From positions 142,618 to 206,617 of the IMG/VR virus record IMGVR_UViG_3300036770_006296: a stretch of 64,000 bases of DNA; one strand, written 5' to 3'. The notes beneath the pieces were generated by a model. That model had not been told where the DNA came from, searched no databases, and saw only the letters and a program-made list of their open reading frames with translations. The stretch's first letter is position 1. Each line of letters begins with the position of its first letter. Of this stretch, positions 9,800 through 20,078 are shown piece by piece. A program made the translations under genes and the position numbers.

Positions 9800-10057
9800 A
9801 TGAAAAATATATTTTTAGCTCTATCTTTATTTGTTTCTTTATTATCTTTTTCGCAAGATTATAAATTCAACAAATTATCTGTTGTTTCCCCTAATAGGGA
9901 TACTCTCTGGCTTCTAAATGACCCGTCGGGAAGGCTAATTGCTTATTCTTGGGAGCTAGAACAAAATCTACCTGAGAAAAAACCAGTAATTATTCTTGTT
10001 GAATCATTACCAACTATCGAGAAAAAAAAGAAAAAAGGATATATAGAAGGTAATTAA
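9800..10057 (+). CDS. secreted hypothetical protein
   Basis: signal peptide ending SFS-Q (Bacteroidota-style). Confidence 0.6.
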   Translation: MKNIFLALSLFVSLLSFSQDYKFNKLSVVSPNRDTLWLLNDPSGRLIAYSWELEQNLPEKKPVIILVESLPTIEKKKKKGYIEGN

Positions 10058-10065
10058 AAACCTTT

Positions 10066-10458
10066 ATGAGACATATACGATTATTTGAAAATTTCGACCA
10101 GGATAAAACAGTAGACTCATCTGGATTATTATTTGATTGGATTCCCTTTGATACGGAAGTTAATAATCCAATTAATTCTTCAGTCCCTACAGAAATAACT
10201 CCACAGAAACTTATAGAGTATTGCAACGCTAATCCGGAGATAGGTAAAGTAGGTTTGTATATTGCGCATAAAAAAAATCCTGCTGGGGGATTTACTAGAT
10301 ATGTAACCACTTCAACAAATCCTTTGTTATTAGAATCGGCAATGTTTGATAGCGAGTTTAACAAGATTAATGATGTGAAAGGAATAAGTGCAGCATCTCT
10401 TGATTCATTTGGGAAGGGAGCTTCAATGATGAACAGATTCGGATTATTCGACAAGTAA
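10066..10458 (+). CDS. hypothetical late protein (MRHIRLFENF...KGASMMNRFGL)
   Basis: GATATATA at 10038; shared N- and C-terminal motifs. Confidence 0.7.
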   Translation: MRHIRLFENFDQDKTVDSSGLLFDWIPFDTEVNNPINSSVPTEITPQKLIEYCNANPEIGKVGLYIAHKKNPAGGFTRYVTTSTNPLLLESAMFDSEFNKINDVKGISAASLDSFGKGASMMNRFGLFDK

Positions 10459-10486
10459 TTATAAGTTATACATATTAAAAAATATT

Positions 10487-10510
10487 AAAACCCGGTAACG
10501 GGTTTTTTTT
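10487..10510 (+). terminator. intrinsic terminator
   Basis: AAAACCCG-GTAA-CGGGTTTT plus T tract. Confidence 0.75.
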
Positions 10511-10608
10511 ATGAATTTTTTTTCCTATTTTTTCAAAAAAATATAAACTTTTTTAAAACCCCTGCATATAATATAAGTATAAAATAAAAACAATTTAAAT
10601 TTTTAATT

Positions 10609-11082
10609 ATGGAAAAAAGAGAAGCAAAAATTGAAGCACTTTTGGCTTTAAAGAATGACAAGTCAGTAAAAGCATGGATTGGTCCTAATCATGTTCTTTT
10701 CAAGGACAGTGACGAAAATAGGGACATGTTCCTTACTACTTATCGAATTAGAAATGCCTATGAGGAACTGCTATTAAAATTAGAAGTTAATGAGGAAGTT
10801 ACAGAAGAAAGAGATCTTCTATTAATCAAAAGGTTTTTTGAAATGATGTTTTATCCACCTAGAAAAATGAGCATCAGCGATTGGAAAAACGGAAGAGATC
10901 CTATTGTTAAAATAGTAAAGGCTTATAAGGATGTTAGATGGAAAGGTAACAGAAGAAGAAAACATGAAATAACTCTTTTATTAGATGACGGAAAAAAGAT
11001 ACAAATTAATCCAGGGGATGTTTTGAATAAGTTTTTCCATATATGGGGAAATTTCGATTCACTTATAAATTCTAAGTTATAA
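10609..11082 (+). CDS. hypothetical protein
   Basis: ORF flanked by promoter-like sequence and terminator. Confidence 0.65.
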   Translation: MEKREAKIEALLALKNDKSVKAWIGPNHVLFKDSDENRDMFLTTYRIRNAYEELLLKLEVNEEVTEERDLLLIKRFFEMMFYPPRKMSISDWKNGRDPIVKIVKAYKDVRWKGNRRRKHEITLLLDDGKKIQINPGDVLNKFFHIWGNFDSLINSKL

Positions 11083-11106
11083 GTATTTTCTTGTTAATAA
11101 AATATT

Positions 11107-11136
11107 AGCCGGCTTCACATTAAGCCGGCTTTTTTT
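11107..11136 (+). terminator. intrinsic terminator
   Basis: AGCCGGCTT-cacatt-AAGCCGGCT plus T tract. Confidence 0.75.
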
Positions 11137-11188
11137 GCGGGTTTTTTTAAGGCGGGGGGATATATAACCAGTAAATAATTACTAATTG

Positions 11189-11560
11189 ATGGAAGAATTT
11201 GGCCCTCACATAACTATTGATCTAAAAGGATGTCCTAAAGAAACATTATCTAACTACGAGTTACATTTTAATTATCTTAAGAATCTTCCGGAATTAATAA
11301 GTATGACACCAATAACACAGCCTTATGTGTTTCCTTATTCTGGATTGGTTCCAGAGGATAAAGGTATAACTGGAATAGTTATAATAGCCGAGAGCCATAT
11401 ATCTGTACATTCATTTGAAGAGAAAGGATATTGCTTTATTGATATTTTCTCTTGTAAAGATATGGATGTAGAAAGAGCTATACAAATAACATTGGATACT
11501 TTTAAACCTACTGACTCAGAAATTAATATAGTTAAAAGGGGAAAAGATTTTCCTAGATAG
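11189..11560 (+). CDS. speD: S-adenosylmethionine decarboxylase proenzyme (SpeD/SpeH class)
   Basis: GITGIVIIAESHISVHSF pyruvoyl self-cleavage motif, IDIFSC, RG. Confidence 0.88.
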   Translation: MEEFGPHITIDLKGCPKETLSNYELHFNYLKNLPELISMTPITQPYVFPYSGLVPEDKGITGIVIIAESHISVHSFEEKGYCFIDIFSCKDMDVERAIQITLDTFKPTDSEINIVKRGKDFPR

Positions 11561-12019
11561 TTATTTTTTAAATTTTCTTTTCATCTCTTCAATCTCGCTT
11601 ATGATATTTTTCATATCATTCTTAACTATCACTGTTGATGTGTTTCTTACCGAAGTGGAGGAGGAGTCAACTTTTTTCAATGTTTCCATATTCATTTGAC
11701 TTAATATCTTGTTATCCTCTTTTTTAGCTTTGTCCTTTAGATAGTCGAGCATTGTCACAAATTCTTTTTCCCTTTCTAATATTTCGTTGGTACAACTTTT
11801 TTGTTCTTCCCTTATCTTAGTATCTTTTTCGTTTAATTCAGTCTCTAATGACTTTATTTTATTTGTTTTTGCCTCTACTTCCTCCTTTAGTTCATCTTTA
11901 CTTTCTATTATAGAAGGACCTATCGTGATTACCACTATGGAGAATAAAATAAGTGAAAGAGCTATCACCTTTTGCGGGGTTGAAAACTGGGCTAAGATCT
12001 CTGCAATATATTTAAACAT
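11561..12019 (-). CDS. membrane-anchored coiled-coil protein
   Basis: N-terminal TM followed by coiled coil. Confidence 0.6.
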   Translation of the reverse strand: MFKYIAEILAQFSTPQKVIALSLILFSIVVITIGPSIIESKDELKEEVEAKTNKIKSLETELNEKDTKIREEQKSCTNEILEREKEFVTMLDYLKDKAKKEDNKILSQMNMETLKKVDSSSTSVRNTSTVIVKNDMKNIISEIEEMKRKFKK

Positions 12020-12059
12020 ATTTTTAGTTGTTATTTGCTGATTCTTAATATATACTCAT

Positions 12060-12368
12060 ATGGCCAATATAATTAAAGGAAATTTAGAAATAATGGGACA
12101 GGATCTTCCTGGTAAGATGTCATGGACCAGTGTTCCTGCTCAATTAGAGTTATTAGGGGGAAATGGATGGAGACTTCCTTATGAAAGTGAATTTTTAGAG
12201 ATCTTCCAGCTATATAAACTTGGTATTGGTGGATTTAAGCCATCACGATATTGGTCATACTCATCGTATCTTAATAAAGCTTGGTATTATGATCTTAGCG
12301 TGGGATATTCTCCACACATCATAGATAAAACTAACCTGTATTACGTTAGACTTGTTAGAGACATCTAG
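12060..12368 (+). CDS. DUF1566/Lcl-like domain protein
   Basis: GWRLP, YWS, AWYYD..G, YVRLVR motifs. Confidence 0.7.
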   Translation: MANIIKGNLEIMGQDLPGKMSWTSVPAQLELLGGNGWRLPYESEFLEIFQLYKLGIGGFKPSRYWSYSSYLNKAWYYDLSVGYSPHIIDKTNLYYVRLVRDI

Positions 12369-12385
12369 AAATAGATAACAGATCC

Positions 12386-12601
12386 TTAACTTGAATTCCT
12401 CATACGGAAAAGATTTTTTCTGACTGACTTATCTAAATCCTCAGAAGTTGTTCTTAATCCTTTATCGTATATGTTAGAAAGGGATCTTGCTACTTTGTTT
12501 TGATCGAGAATTATCTCCCATCTGGGATCTTTTTCCTTGTTGATGATTTCCTCTGCTATTTCTTTGCCTAGCTCTTCAACTTTTTTTTCGTATGCTCTCA
12601 T
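12386..12601 (-). CDS. hypothetical protein
   Basis: ORF in minus-strand run. Confidence 0.55.
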   Translation of the reverse strand: MRAYEKKVEELGKEIAEEIINKEKDPRWEIILDQNKVARSLSNIYDKGLRTTSEDLDKSVRKNLFRMRNSS

Positions 12602-12628
12602 AATATTTTATACCAGATGATTCTGGTT

Positions 12629-12943
12629 TTATTTCATCTGGTTGTATATTTTTTGCAAATCCCCAACAATCCAGTCTTCGGGGTATCCATCATCTTTAGA
12701 ATTTTCTATAGCATCACTTATTATTGAGATGTATTTATACTCCTCGCTTCTACGATTAAATTTAGGAGTGTTTTCTTGACCATTATAGTAGTTTAGTATA
12801 TCTTTGATTGTGGATTTTAAAACATAAAGATCCGCGCCAAGTTCTATAGCTTTATTTATTTTTTTAGAAATAGCTGTGTAAGGATCTTCTGATCCTGGAT
12901 GGAATTCGTATAATTTTAAAAATTCTTTGTATTTAGTTAGCAT
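12629..12943 (-). CDS. hypothetical protein, paralog of 12945-13301
   Basis: MLTKYKEFLKLYEFHPG. Confidence 0.65.
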   Translation of the reverse strand: MLTKYKEFLKLYEFHPGSEDPYTAISKKINKAIELGADLYVLKSTIKDILNYYNGQENTPKFNRRSEEYKYISIISDAIENSKDDGYPEDWIVGDLQKIYNQMK

Positions 12944-12944
12944 T

Positions 12945-13301
12945 TTAAAATGAGTATTCTTTTATAATATTCTCTATCTCCTTCATTATTAGATCCTCGT
13001 CGTACCAATCTTCCTCAGCTAATATAAATTTTTGTCTTAGTGAATTTATGGCGGAGTTTAAGTCCGTTCCTATAGAAATACCTTTTTTTTCTTTAAAATC
13101 CATAATGTCTCTGTCACTATAAGCTGTTGCTTTATTTATTTTATAAAAATCTAAATAGAAAGATAAAGCCTCCATAATAACTGGTATAGTAAATCCTCCA
13201 TCCATCAATTTTTTTATACCTTCTCGTATCATATCTTGGACAGGAATAGCACCGGGGTGATGTTCATTTATTGACAAGAAATCCTTGTATTTTTTTATCA
13301 T
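12945..13301 (-). CDS. hypothetical late protein, paralog of 12629-12943
   Basis: MIKKYKDFLSINEHHPG; GATATATA (-) at 13306-13313. Confidence 0.65.
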   Translation of the reverse strand: MIKKYKDFLSINEHHPGAIPVQDMIREGIKKLMDGGFTIPVIMEALSFYLDFYKINKATAYSDRDIMDFKEKKGISIGTDLNSAINSLRQKFILAEEDWYDEDLIMKEIENIIKEYSF

Positions 13302-13357
13302 AGATTATATATCAAGAAATAAAAACCAATTATTAACTATAATTAAATAAAAATAGA

Positions 13358-14338
13358 ATGGTAAAGAAAAAAGGACCTATCAGTATGTTTATAGAAAGAA
13401 ACTATAAACACTTTAATGCAGCAGCTCTAAAAGATGCTGCTATAGGATATGAAACACACATCGACGGTGGAGGAAAAATGCTGGTCTCTCTTGCTGGTGC
13501 AATGAGCACAGCAGAACTTGGTATTTCTCTTGCTGAAATGATTAGAGCTGGTAAAGTTGATATTATTTCTTGTACTGGTGCCAACCTAGAAGAAGATCTC
13601 ATGAATCTTGTAGCACATTCACATTACAAGAGAATACCTAATTACAGAGATCTTACCCCAAAAGAGGAGCGTGATTTATTAGACAATGGACTTAATAGAG
13701 TTACAGATACTTGCATTCCGGAGGAAGAAGCATTCAGAAGACTACAGAATCACATATATGATATATGGAAAAAAGCAGAAAGCAGAGGAGAAAGACACTT
13801 TCCACACAAATACATGTACGAATTAATAAATAGCGGAGTGTTAGAGCAGTACTATGAAATTGATCCTAAGGATTCATGGATGGTTGCAGCAGCAGAGGTG
13901 AATTTACCTATGGTTGTTCCAGGGTGGGAAGATTCCACCTTAGGAAACATCTTTGCTTCGTATGTAATAAAAGGTGACTTGAAGCACGACACTGTAAAAA
14001 ACGGGATAGAGTATATGGTTTCTTTAAGCCATTGGTACAGGGAAAATTGTCAAGAGCCAGGAATAGGATTCTTCCAGATAGGTGGGGGAATTGCCGGGGA
14101 TTTTCCTATCTGTGTTGTACCTATGATGTACCAAGATCTTGAATGGGAGGATGTACCATTTTGGTCTTATTTCTGTCAAATTTCGGATTCAACAACATCT
14201 TATGGTTCTTATTCAGGAGCAGTACCAAATGAAAAGATTACTTGGGGCAAATTGGACGCAGACACCCCTAAATTTATTGTAGAATCGGATGCCACAATAG
14301 TTGCTCCCCTGATTTTTTCATGGATATTAAATAAATAG
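13358..14338 (+). CDS. deoxyhypusine synthase-like protein (homospermidine-forming DHS family)
   Basis: LAGAMSTAELG, TGANLEED, GGGIAGDF, YSGAVPNEKITWGK, SDATIVAPL. Confidence 0.92.
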   Translation: MVKKKGPISMFIERNYKHFNAAALKDAAIGYETHIDGGGKMLVSLAGAMSTAELGISLAEMIRAGKVDIISCTGANLEEDLMNLVAHSHYKRIPNYRDLTPKEERDLLDNGLNRVTDTCIPEEEAFRRLQNHIYDIWKKAESRGERHFPHKYMYELINSGVLEQYYEIDPKDSWMVAAAEVNLPMVVPGWEDSTLGNIFASYVIKGDLKHDTVKNGIEYMVSLSHWYRENCQEPGIGFFQIGGGIAGDFPICVVPMMYQDLEWEDVPFWSYFCQISDSTTSYGSYSGAVPNEKITWGKLDADTPKFIVESDATIVAPLIFSWILNK

Positions 14339-14356
14339 AGTTTGAATATATATTAG

Positions 14357-15166
14357 ATGAAAGAGATATACGGCCTATTGATATTCTCTATAGTTATTTT
14401 ATTAGCAGGCTATATCAACATAAAAAAAGAAAAAATGAAGCATCTTAAAAGTATAGATGAATTTAAAATAGCAAATGAACAGCTTTTTTCTGACGCTAAT
14501 AAATTTTCTAAGCTCTTCGGATTAGATTCACCATCTAAAGACTCAAGTGATAATAAAGATTCATCTTCAGGAGGGACAGATTCTTCTGGAGCATCCTCAT
14601 CAATTTCTGCCAAAACAGAACTTGGTAATTATGGTAAATTTAGTGAAGCATCTAAGAAAAATGCTCCTCTAATTATGGTTTATGGAGGTATAGATGTAGG
14701 AGGCAAAAAGAGTGGAGAATATATGTATGACTATTTAGGAAAAATAGGAAGCTCCGCTAATATTTTTGTGGCAAAGGATCACAAAGTAGATGGCAAAGGA
14801 TCATACAAAGCAGTCAAAGATAAATTGTCTGAAAAATCGATATCGCCTTCTAAAAAAATATTATATCTTTTTTCTGGAGGATATAAACCAGGAATGGAAT
14901 TATTAAATAGTGTTTCGGCTTCAGAGTTCGACTTAATATATCTAGTTGATATTTGGATGGGTAATTCAAAAGTTGCTTCCTTTTATAAAAATTTAGCAGA
15001 GAATAATAGAGGTAAGGTTAGGTATTTTTATAGCGGAGACGGAGCTCAAAATGCAGATGCAAAAAACAGTTTAATTAAAACTCTGAACTTCTACAAGTCA
15101 AATGATCAAAACAATCATATGGCAACAAACACAGATGCCGTCTCTGATCTATCAAATAAATTATAA
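14357..15166 (+). CDS. putative hydrolase with NEQLF leader (alternative start 14435)
   Basis: MKHLKSIDEFKIANEQLF at 14435; LYLFSGG nucleophile-elbow-like motif. Confidence 0.55.
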   Translation: MKEIYGLLIFSIVILLAGYINIKKEKMKHLKSIDEFKIANEQLFSDANKFSKLFGLDSPSKDSSDNKDSSSGGTDSSGASSSISAKTELGNYGKFSEASKKNAPLIMVYGGIDVGGKKSGEYMYDYLGKIGSSANIFVAKDHKVDGKGSYKAVKDKLSEKSISPSKKILYLFSGGYKPGMELLNSVSASEFDLIYLVDIWMGNSKVASFYKNLAENNRGKVRYFYSGDGAQNADAKNSLIKTLNFYKSNDQNNHMATNTDAVSDLSNKL

Positions 15167-15167
15167 A

Positions 15168-15944
15168 ATGAAACACATAAAGAACATACAAGAATTTAAT
15201 CACCTTTATGAACAGTTATTTGCTGCTGATATTGCAAAATTTAACAAATTGATGGGTATATCAGTGGAAGAAACCGGTATGGAGGAACCAAATATATCTC
15301 CTGCTGAAAATCCTTCTGGTTCAGGGTCAGCCTTTGCTTCTGTTGTTAAACTTAACACCAGTCAGTTAGATGAATATGGATCAACTGTTGGGATTAGTGA
15401 AAAAGGAGATAATGCTCCATTACAGCAGCCAGCAAGAGGGCCTTTAGGAAATATAGTAAATTCAGCTTATGCTAACTTAAATGTTTCAACTAGAAAAATA
15501 CCAGGGACTCTCGGAGGTAATTTAGGTTGTGCAGCAGCAGTTTCCATTATATTTTATAGAGCTACTGGATACGCAATAGCTGGTTCTGGAGCTATCACAC
15601 TAGGCACCGCTCACATGTGGAACCATTTTGAAAAAGAAAGCAGAAATCCCAGCGGAGTTTGGCAGAAAATAACTAATTGGAAGACTGACTCACAGCCTGG
15701 AGATATAATATTAACATCTAGAGGGTCTAAAGCAGGACACGTGGGTGTTGTTGTAGAGGGAGGTAACATTATATCAAATTCTTCTGGAGGATTCCAAGGA
15801 GATAAAAAAGGACAGATCGAGCTAAACTATAATCTAAACACATGGCAAAGTGTTGCTAATAGAAATCCACAGCAAACTGCTTCTTTTAGATATAAAGGAC
15901 CCTATAAAAACACCTGGGGTAAAACGGAAAAACCAGTAGCATAG
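15168..15944 (+). CDS. NlpC/P60-CHAP-like peptidoglycan amidase
   Basis: LGCAAAVS catalytic Cys, QPGDII, GHVGVV His; MKHIKNIQEF leader. Confidence 0.7.
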   Translation: MKHIKNIQEFNHLYEQLFAADIAKFNKLMGISVEETGMEEPNISPAENPSGSGSAFASVVKLNTSQLDEYGSTVGISEKGDNAPLQQPARGPLGNIVNSAYANLNVSTRKIPGTLGGNLGCAAAVSIIFYRATGYAIAGSGAITLGTAHMWNHFEKESRNPSGVWQKITNWKTDSQPGDIILTSRGSKAGHVGVVVEGGNIISNSSGGFQGDKKGQIELNYNLNTWQSVANRNPQQTASFRYKGPYKNTWGKTEKPVA

Positions 15945-15995
15945 AATCATTTTTTTATTGGTGCTTTAATCTCTATATTTGGACAAAAATCATTT

Positions 15996-16220
15996 ATGGG
16001 AGAAAAAGTAATCAAGGTAAAAGACAATTACCGAACGAATCCGGAAAGCCACATTCCTGGCGGATCCGTAGTGGAAACCTTTAACGATAAAGGTATAAGA
16101 TTAGTTTACGATAAGATTAAAAATCCGGGCGCATATATCAGGAGAATTACTAAGGATGAATCTATAATCAGGGTATATGTAGACGGGGAACTTAAATTCG
16201 ATAGGAATGGAGAACAGTAA
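15996..16220 (+). CDS. hypothetical protein
   Basis: after class I promoter 15945-15981. Confidence 0.65.
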   Translation: MGEKVIKVKDNYRTNPESHIPGGSVVETFNDKGIRLVYDKIKNPGAYIRRITKDESIIRVYVDGELKFDRNGEQ

Positions 16221-16554
16221 ATTTACGGATCTGGTCTACTTTGGACATGATCACTATGGGGAAAAAGCAAACAATGCACAGAAGGAGGAAAAAGAATTTA
16301 TAGAAACCCTTAGAGAAAGATTTCCTTCCGTTCAATTTAAGGATGCTTACGATGAGATCAAAGGATTTAGGCAAGAAGTCATTTTAGAGAAGTCTTTTCA
16401 GGACGAATATTATTCGTGGGTATTTGCATTCGGATGGATGGACTACTCACTTAGTACTTGTTTAATGGTTGCAAATATAGACGGGAAAGATGATGCGAAA
16501 AAATACATCAATTTAGCAAAGGCCGAATATCCAGAAAATTTTAAAACCCAATAA
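16207..16554 (+). CDS. hypothetical protein
   Basis: ORF in operon. Confidence 0.6.
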   Translation: MENSKFTDLVYFGHDHYGEKANNAQKEEKEFIETLRERFPSVQFKDAYDEIKGFRQEVILEKSFQDEYYSWVFAFGWMDYSLSTCLMVANIDGKDDAKKYINLAKAEYPENFKTQ

Positions 16555-16561
16555 AATTAAA

Positions 16562-17068
16562 ATGAAATATCTAGATTATAAAGTAACAGAGCTACCAGAT
16601 AGCATAGAGAATCTTTTTTGTAAGCCTCTGGATGAAAGAGGAGAAAGAGTTGGATTAGATGATATACAAATCCAGATTATAACTCTAGCAATGGTTTCGT
16701 CTAAAGAGAAAACCGACTACATGTACGAGAAGCTAAAGAGCGATAACTATCTCTCACTTATACTGGAGGACCGTCTAAAATCTATTAACTGCAAAACTGA
16801 TAATGGGGTTAAGATATTAATTACATACTCATGTAAATCCCCAGGAGAAGTTGTGATGTACACTTACTACTTAGCATACAAAATGAAGGAATTAGGAATA
16901 GAATTTTTAGATATGGAGGCACTGTGCTTAGAAGTTTTTCCTAAGGGATTTTTTTCTAGTGAGACATTAGAAAAATATTGGTACACACAAAAAGTGGATA
17001 CAGGGGGTAAAAAGGGCGGAGACAATTTGTTGGACTATAATAAAGCAGCCGAAAGTCTCGTGAAATAA
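16562..17068 (+). CDS. hypothetical protein
   Basis: ORF in operon. Confidence 0.65.
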   Translation: MKYLDYKVTELPDSIENLFCKPLDERGERVGLDDIQIQIITLAMVSSKEKTDYMYEKLKSDNYLSLILEDRLKSINCKTDNGVKILITYSCKSPGEVVMYTYYLAYKMKELGIEFLDMEALCLEVFPKGFFSSETLEKYWYTQKVDTGGKKGGDNLLDYNKAAESLVK

Positions 17069-17103
17069 ATTCTAACTCCTACTCTATAATAAGTAAAGTC
17101 TAT

Positions 17104-17244
17104 ATGGAAAAAGATAAAGACGTTATTAAAGATATTACCAATCTTATTAAGAAGTATCCAAACGATTACGAGCTTGGTAAGAAAATAAGGGAGATGTTTA
17201 GTTCTGTAGTAAAAGACGGGGAAAATAATGAACATCGTAAATGA
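17104..17244 (+). CDS. small hypothetical protein (YPNDYELGKKIR), not in ORF track
   Basis: 46 aa ORF after GAAAT-N18-TATAA promoter; stop overlaps next ATG. Confidence 0.55.
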   Translation: MEKDKDVIKDITNLIKKYPNDYELGKKIREMFSSVVKDGENNEHRK

Positions 17245-17753
17245 TTAAATATTATGCTGGGATAGGCTCAAGAGAAACCCCTCCGGGTATTGAACCTATG
17301 ATAGAGGAAATAGTTAAGATCCTTACTAAATTTGGATATGTTCTCCGCTCTGGTGGAGCAGATGGATCTGATTTTATGTTCGAAAAATATTGTGAGGGTG
17401 AAAAAGAAATATATCTTCCCTGGAAAGGATTTAATAAAAACACCTCAGATCTTTATTTAGATAATATGGATCCTGGAATTATAGAGAGATCCAAAGAGAT
17501 CGCAAAGAAATTTCATCCCTCTTGGAACTTTTTATCCGATGGAGGAAGAAAACTTATGATCAGGAACACTTTTCAGATTCTAGGTAAAGATCTAGAAAGT
17601 CCAGCTTCTTTTGTTGTGTGTTGGACACCAGGAGGAAAGATATCAGGGGGCACAGGACAAGCTTTAAGGATCGCAAAAAGCTTATCCATACCTATATTTA
17701 ACTTATATGAAAAAGACTGCTTATACAAGCTAAAAATACAAATAAATAAATAA
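17241..17753 (+). CDS. SLOG/DprA-Smf-like protein
   Basis: YAGIGSRETP, LRSGGADGSD, IYLPW, GGTGQALRIA...IPIFNL. Confidence 0.8.
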   Translation: MIKYYAGIGSRETPPGIEPMIEEIVKILTKFGYVLRSGGADGSDFMFEKYCEGEKEIYLPWKGFNKNTSDLYLDNMDPGIIERSKEIAKKFHPSWNFLSDGGRKLMIRNTFQILGKDLESPASFVVCWTPGGKISGGTGQALRIAKSLSIPIFNLYEKDCLYKLKIQINK

Positions 17754-18326
17754 ATGGCAGACACAATTAACTTACCAAACCCTAAAGAAAGAAACCTTTT
17801 CTTTGACAAACAGGTCTCACAAAGTTCTGTAAATACCCTTTCGAAAGATATCATAGAAATTAACGAGCATGACGAATACATTAAAAAAATCTATGATGCT
17901 CACGACTTAAACTATACTCCTAAACCAATTAAGATCTATATCGATTCTTATGGAGGATATGTTTACCAGTGTCTAGGTTTAGTTGGTATAATGAGATCCT
18001 CTAAAACTCCTATTCATACAATAGTTACTGGGTGTGCAATGTCTTCGGGATTTTTGATAGCTATATCGGGACACAAAAGATTTGGACATCTTAGATCTAC
18101 ATATTTATATCACCAAGTTGCAGGAGGTGCTTTTGGAAAGGTGAAGGACATGGAAGAAGAACTTGCTGAGATTTTAAGATTACAGCAAGCAGTGGAGGAG
18201 ATAACACTAGAAAGTACTGCTATAACAAAAAAGATGCTAGAGAAAGCATATAGAGGGAAAAAAGACTGGTATATTACATCAGAACAAGCAATTAAATTAA
18301 AAATAATAGATGAAATAATATCTTAA
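17754..18326 (+). CDS. clpP: ClpP-like protease subunit
   Basis: IYIDSYGG, GCAMSSG (Ser), LYHQ (His), DWY...A...IIDEI. Confidence 0.85.
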   Translation: MADTINLPNPKERNLFFDKQVSQSSVNTLSKDIIEINEHDEYIKKIYDAHDLNYTPKPIKIYIDSYGGYVYQCLGLVGIMRSSKTPIHTIVTGCAMSSGFLIAISGHKRFGHLRSTYLYHQVAGGAFGKVKDMEEELAEILRLQQAVEEITLESTAITKKMLEKAYRGKKDWYITSEQAIKLKIIDEIIS

Positions 18327-19753
18327 TGGAAGAACCTAAAATAATTCCTAAGCCTATTATAGATCTTTCGTCTTTAAATAAAGATCAGAAAGAAGCTTTT
18401 GATAAGCTTAAGAATTTTATATACAATAGAAAAGATGATGATATTTATGTCCTAAAAGGTTGGGCAGGAACGGGAAAGACCTATTGTGTTAGTGTACTTG
18501 TTAGATATGTTCTTGATGTTATTTATCCCGATAAAAATTGGTATAAGATAGCAGTTACTGGGCCAACTAATAAGTCTGTTAGGGTAATTAAGAAAACAAC
18601 TGGGATAAAAAATCCTAGAGTTATTTTCCAGACTGTTCATAAAATGCTCGGTCTAACAGAAAGAATAACACAGGACGGGCAACAGGAATTTGTTAATCAA
18701 GGGGATTTTGTTCCTCAAATAGAAAAAGTCAAACTTCTTATTATAGATGAAGTGTCTATGCTTAATGATGACTTGTTTCATGAAATATTAAGATATAGAG
18801 ACAGAGTCAAGATTATATGTATGGGTGATCCCGCACAAATCCCTCCAGTCGGAAAACCTGATTGTATTCCCTTTAGAGACGAATTTGCTGAAATGTATGG
18901 AATAAAAACTATAGAGCTTAAAACAATAATGAGGCAAAAAGGAGATAATCCTATTATAGACACTTCAGTTAATATAAGAAATGATTTAGAAAATCCCTAT
19001 GTTGACACAGGTAACACATCTAAATTAAATGATAGGGGGGAAGGAATAGAGATAATAAATATAAACTCTAGCGATCGAAGGGTTACTTTCTCGGATATAC
19101 TTTCTAGCTATTTTAAAACTGAAGAGTTTAAGGAGGATTCCGAATACTCTAAAATAATAGCTTGGAGGAATAAAACAGTAGAAACTATGAATAATCTTGT
19201 TAGGAAGGTTATTTACGGAGAAGAAAATATCGGATCTAAAATATTAATAGGAGAAAAGCTTATAGCCAATAATCCTATTATGGATATGAATCAGATACTT
19301 TTTAATACCAATGACGAGTTTAGTGTGGAGAACTTCGAAATAAAAAAAGAAAAAGTTAAGGTAGATGGCGAGGAAGGCACTTTGAAGTATTATGAAACTA
19401 GAGTTACCTATTTAAATGATGACGACAAGAAAGTTTGTTATTATATAGACATACTACACGAAGACAGCGAATCATATTTTAATGTTTTAGCGAGTAAGCT
19501 TAAAAAGATAGCTATAGAAAAAAGAGGCAAAGAAAAATCGTGGATAAAATATTATGATTTTCTTAGAAGGTTCGCAGATGTTAGTTATGCCTATGCTATA
19601 ACTGCCCATAAATCTCAAGGGAGTACGTATAACACTGCTTTCGTTCTCGAAGATGATATAGATGTCAACACTAATATCGTGGAGAGAAATAGAATAAAAT
19701 ACACAGCATACACAAGATCAAGTAAAAAATTATATGTACTTAAACGATTCTAA
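18326..19753 (+). CDS. SF1B DNA helicase (Dda/RecD2-like)
   Basis: GWAGTGKT, IIDEVSM, GDPAQIPPV, YAITAHKSQGSTY, YTAYTR. Confidence 0.9.
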   Translation: MEEPKIIPKPIIDLSSLNKDQKEAFDKLKNFIYNRKDDDIYVLKGWAGTGKTYCVSVLVRYVLDVIYPDKNWYKIAVTGPTNKSVRVIKKTTGIKNPRVIFQTVHKMLGLTERITQDGQQEFVNQGDFVPQIEKVKLLIIDEVSMLNDDLFHEILRYRDRVKIICMGDPAQIPPVGKPDCIPFRDEFAEMYGIKTIELKTIMRQKGDNPIIDTSVNIRNDLENPYVDTGNTSKLNDRGEGIEIININSSDRRVTFSDILSSYFKTEEFKEDSEYSKIIAWRNKTVETMNNLVRKVIYGEENIGSKILIGEKLIANNPIMDMNQILFNTNDEFSVENFEIKKEKVKVDGEEGTLKYYETRVTYLNDDDKKVCYYIDILHEDSESYFNVLASKLKKIAIEKRGKEKSWIKYYDFLRRFADVSYAYAITAHKSQGSTYNTAFVLEDDIDVNTNIVERNRIKYTAYTRSSKKLYVLKRF

Positions 19754-20078
19754 AATAAAACACCTATTAGCAATATTTTTTGCGATAGGCATATCTCACG
19801 AACTGGTTGTTTTATTGAGATTTTCTATACCTGAATTATCCTTAATTTATACGGTGGGTTTATTGATATTAATATTTAATTTTTCCGCAGTAAAAAGATA
19901 TGTCTGGCCTCCTGGATTGGGCATCATAGGTATTTTTTCTTTACTCTATTTTGTATTTCTTTTGATAGGATATGGAGCTGAATTTTTTAGAGATTTATCA
20001 TCTGTCATATCTATAGCAGTCTGGCTTAAATGTATATCATGTCTAAATAATGAAATAGATATGGATGATTATGAATAA
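19734..20078 (+). CDS. membrane protein
   Basis: multiple TM segments. Confidence 0.55.
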   Translation: MYLNDSKIKHLLAIFFAIGISHELVVLLRFSIPELSLIYTVGLLILIFNFSAVKRYVWPPGLGIIGIFSLLYFVFLLIGYGAEFFRDLSSVISIAVWLKCISCLNNEIDMDDYE

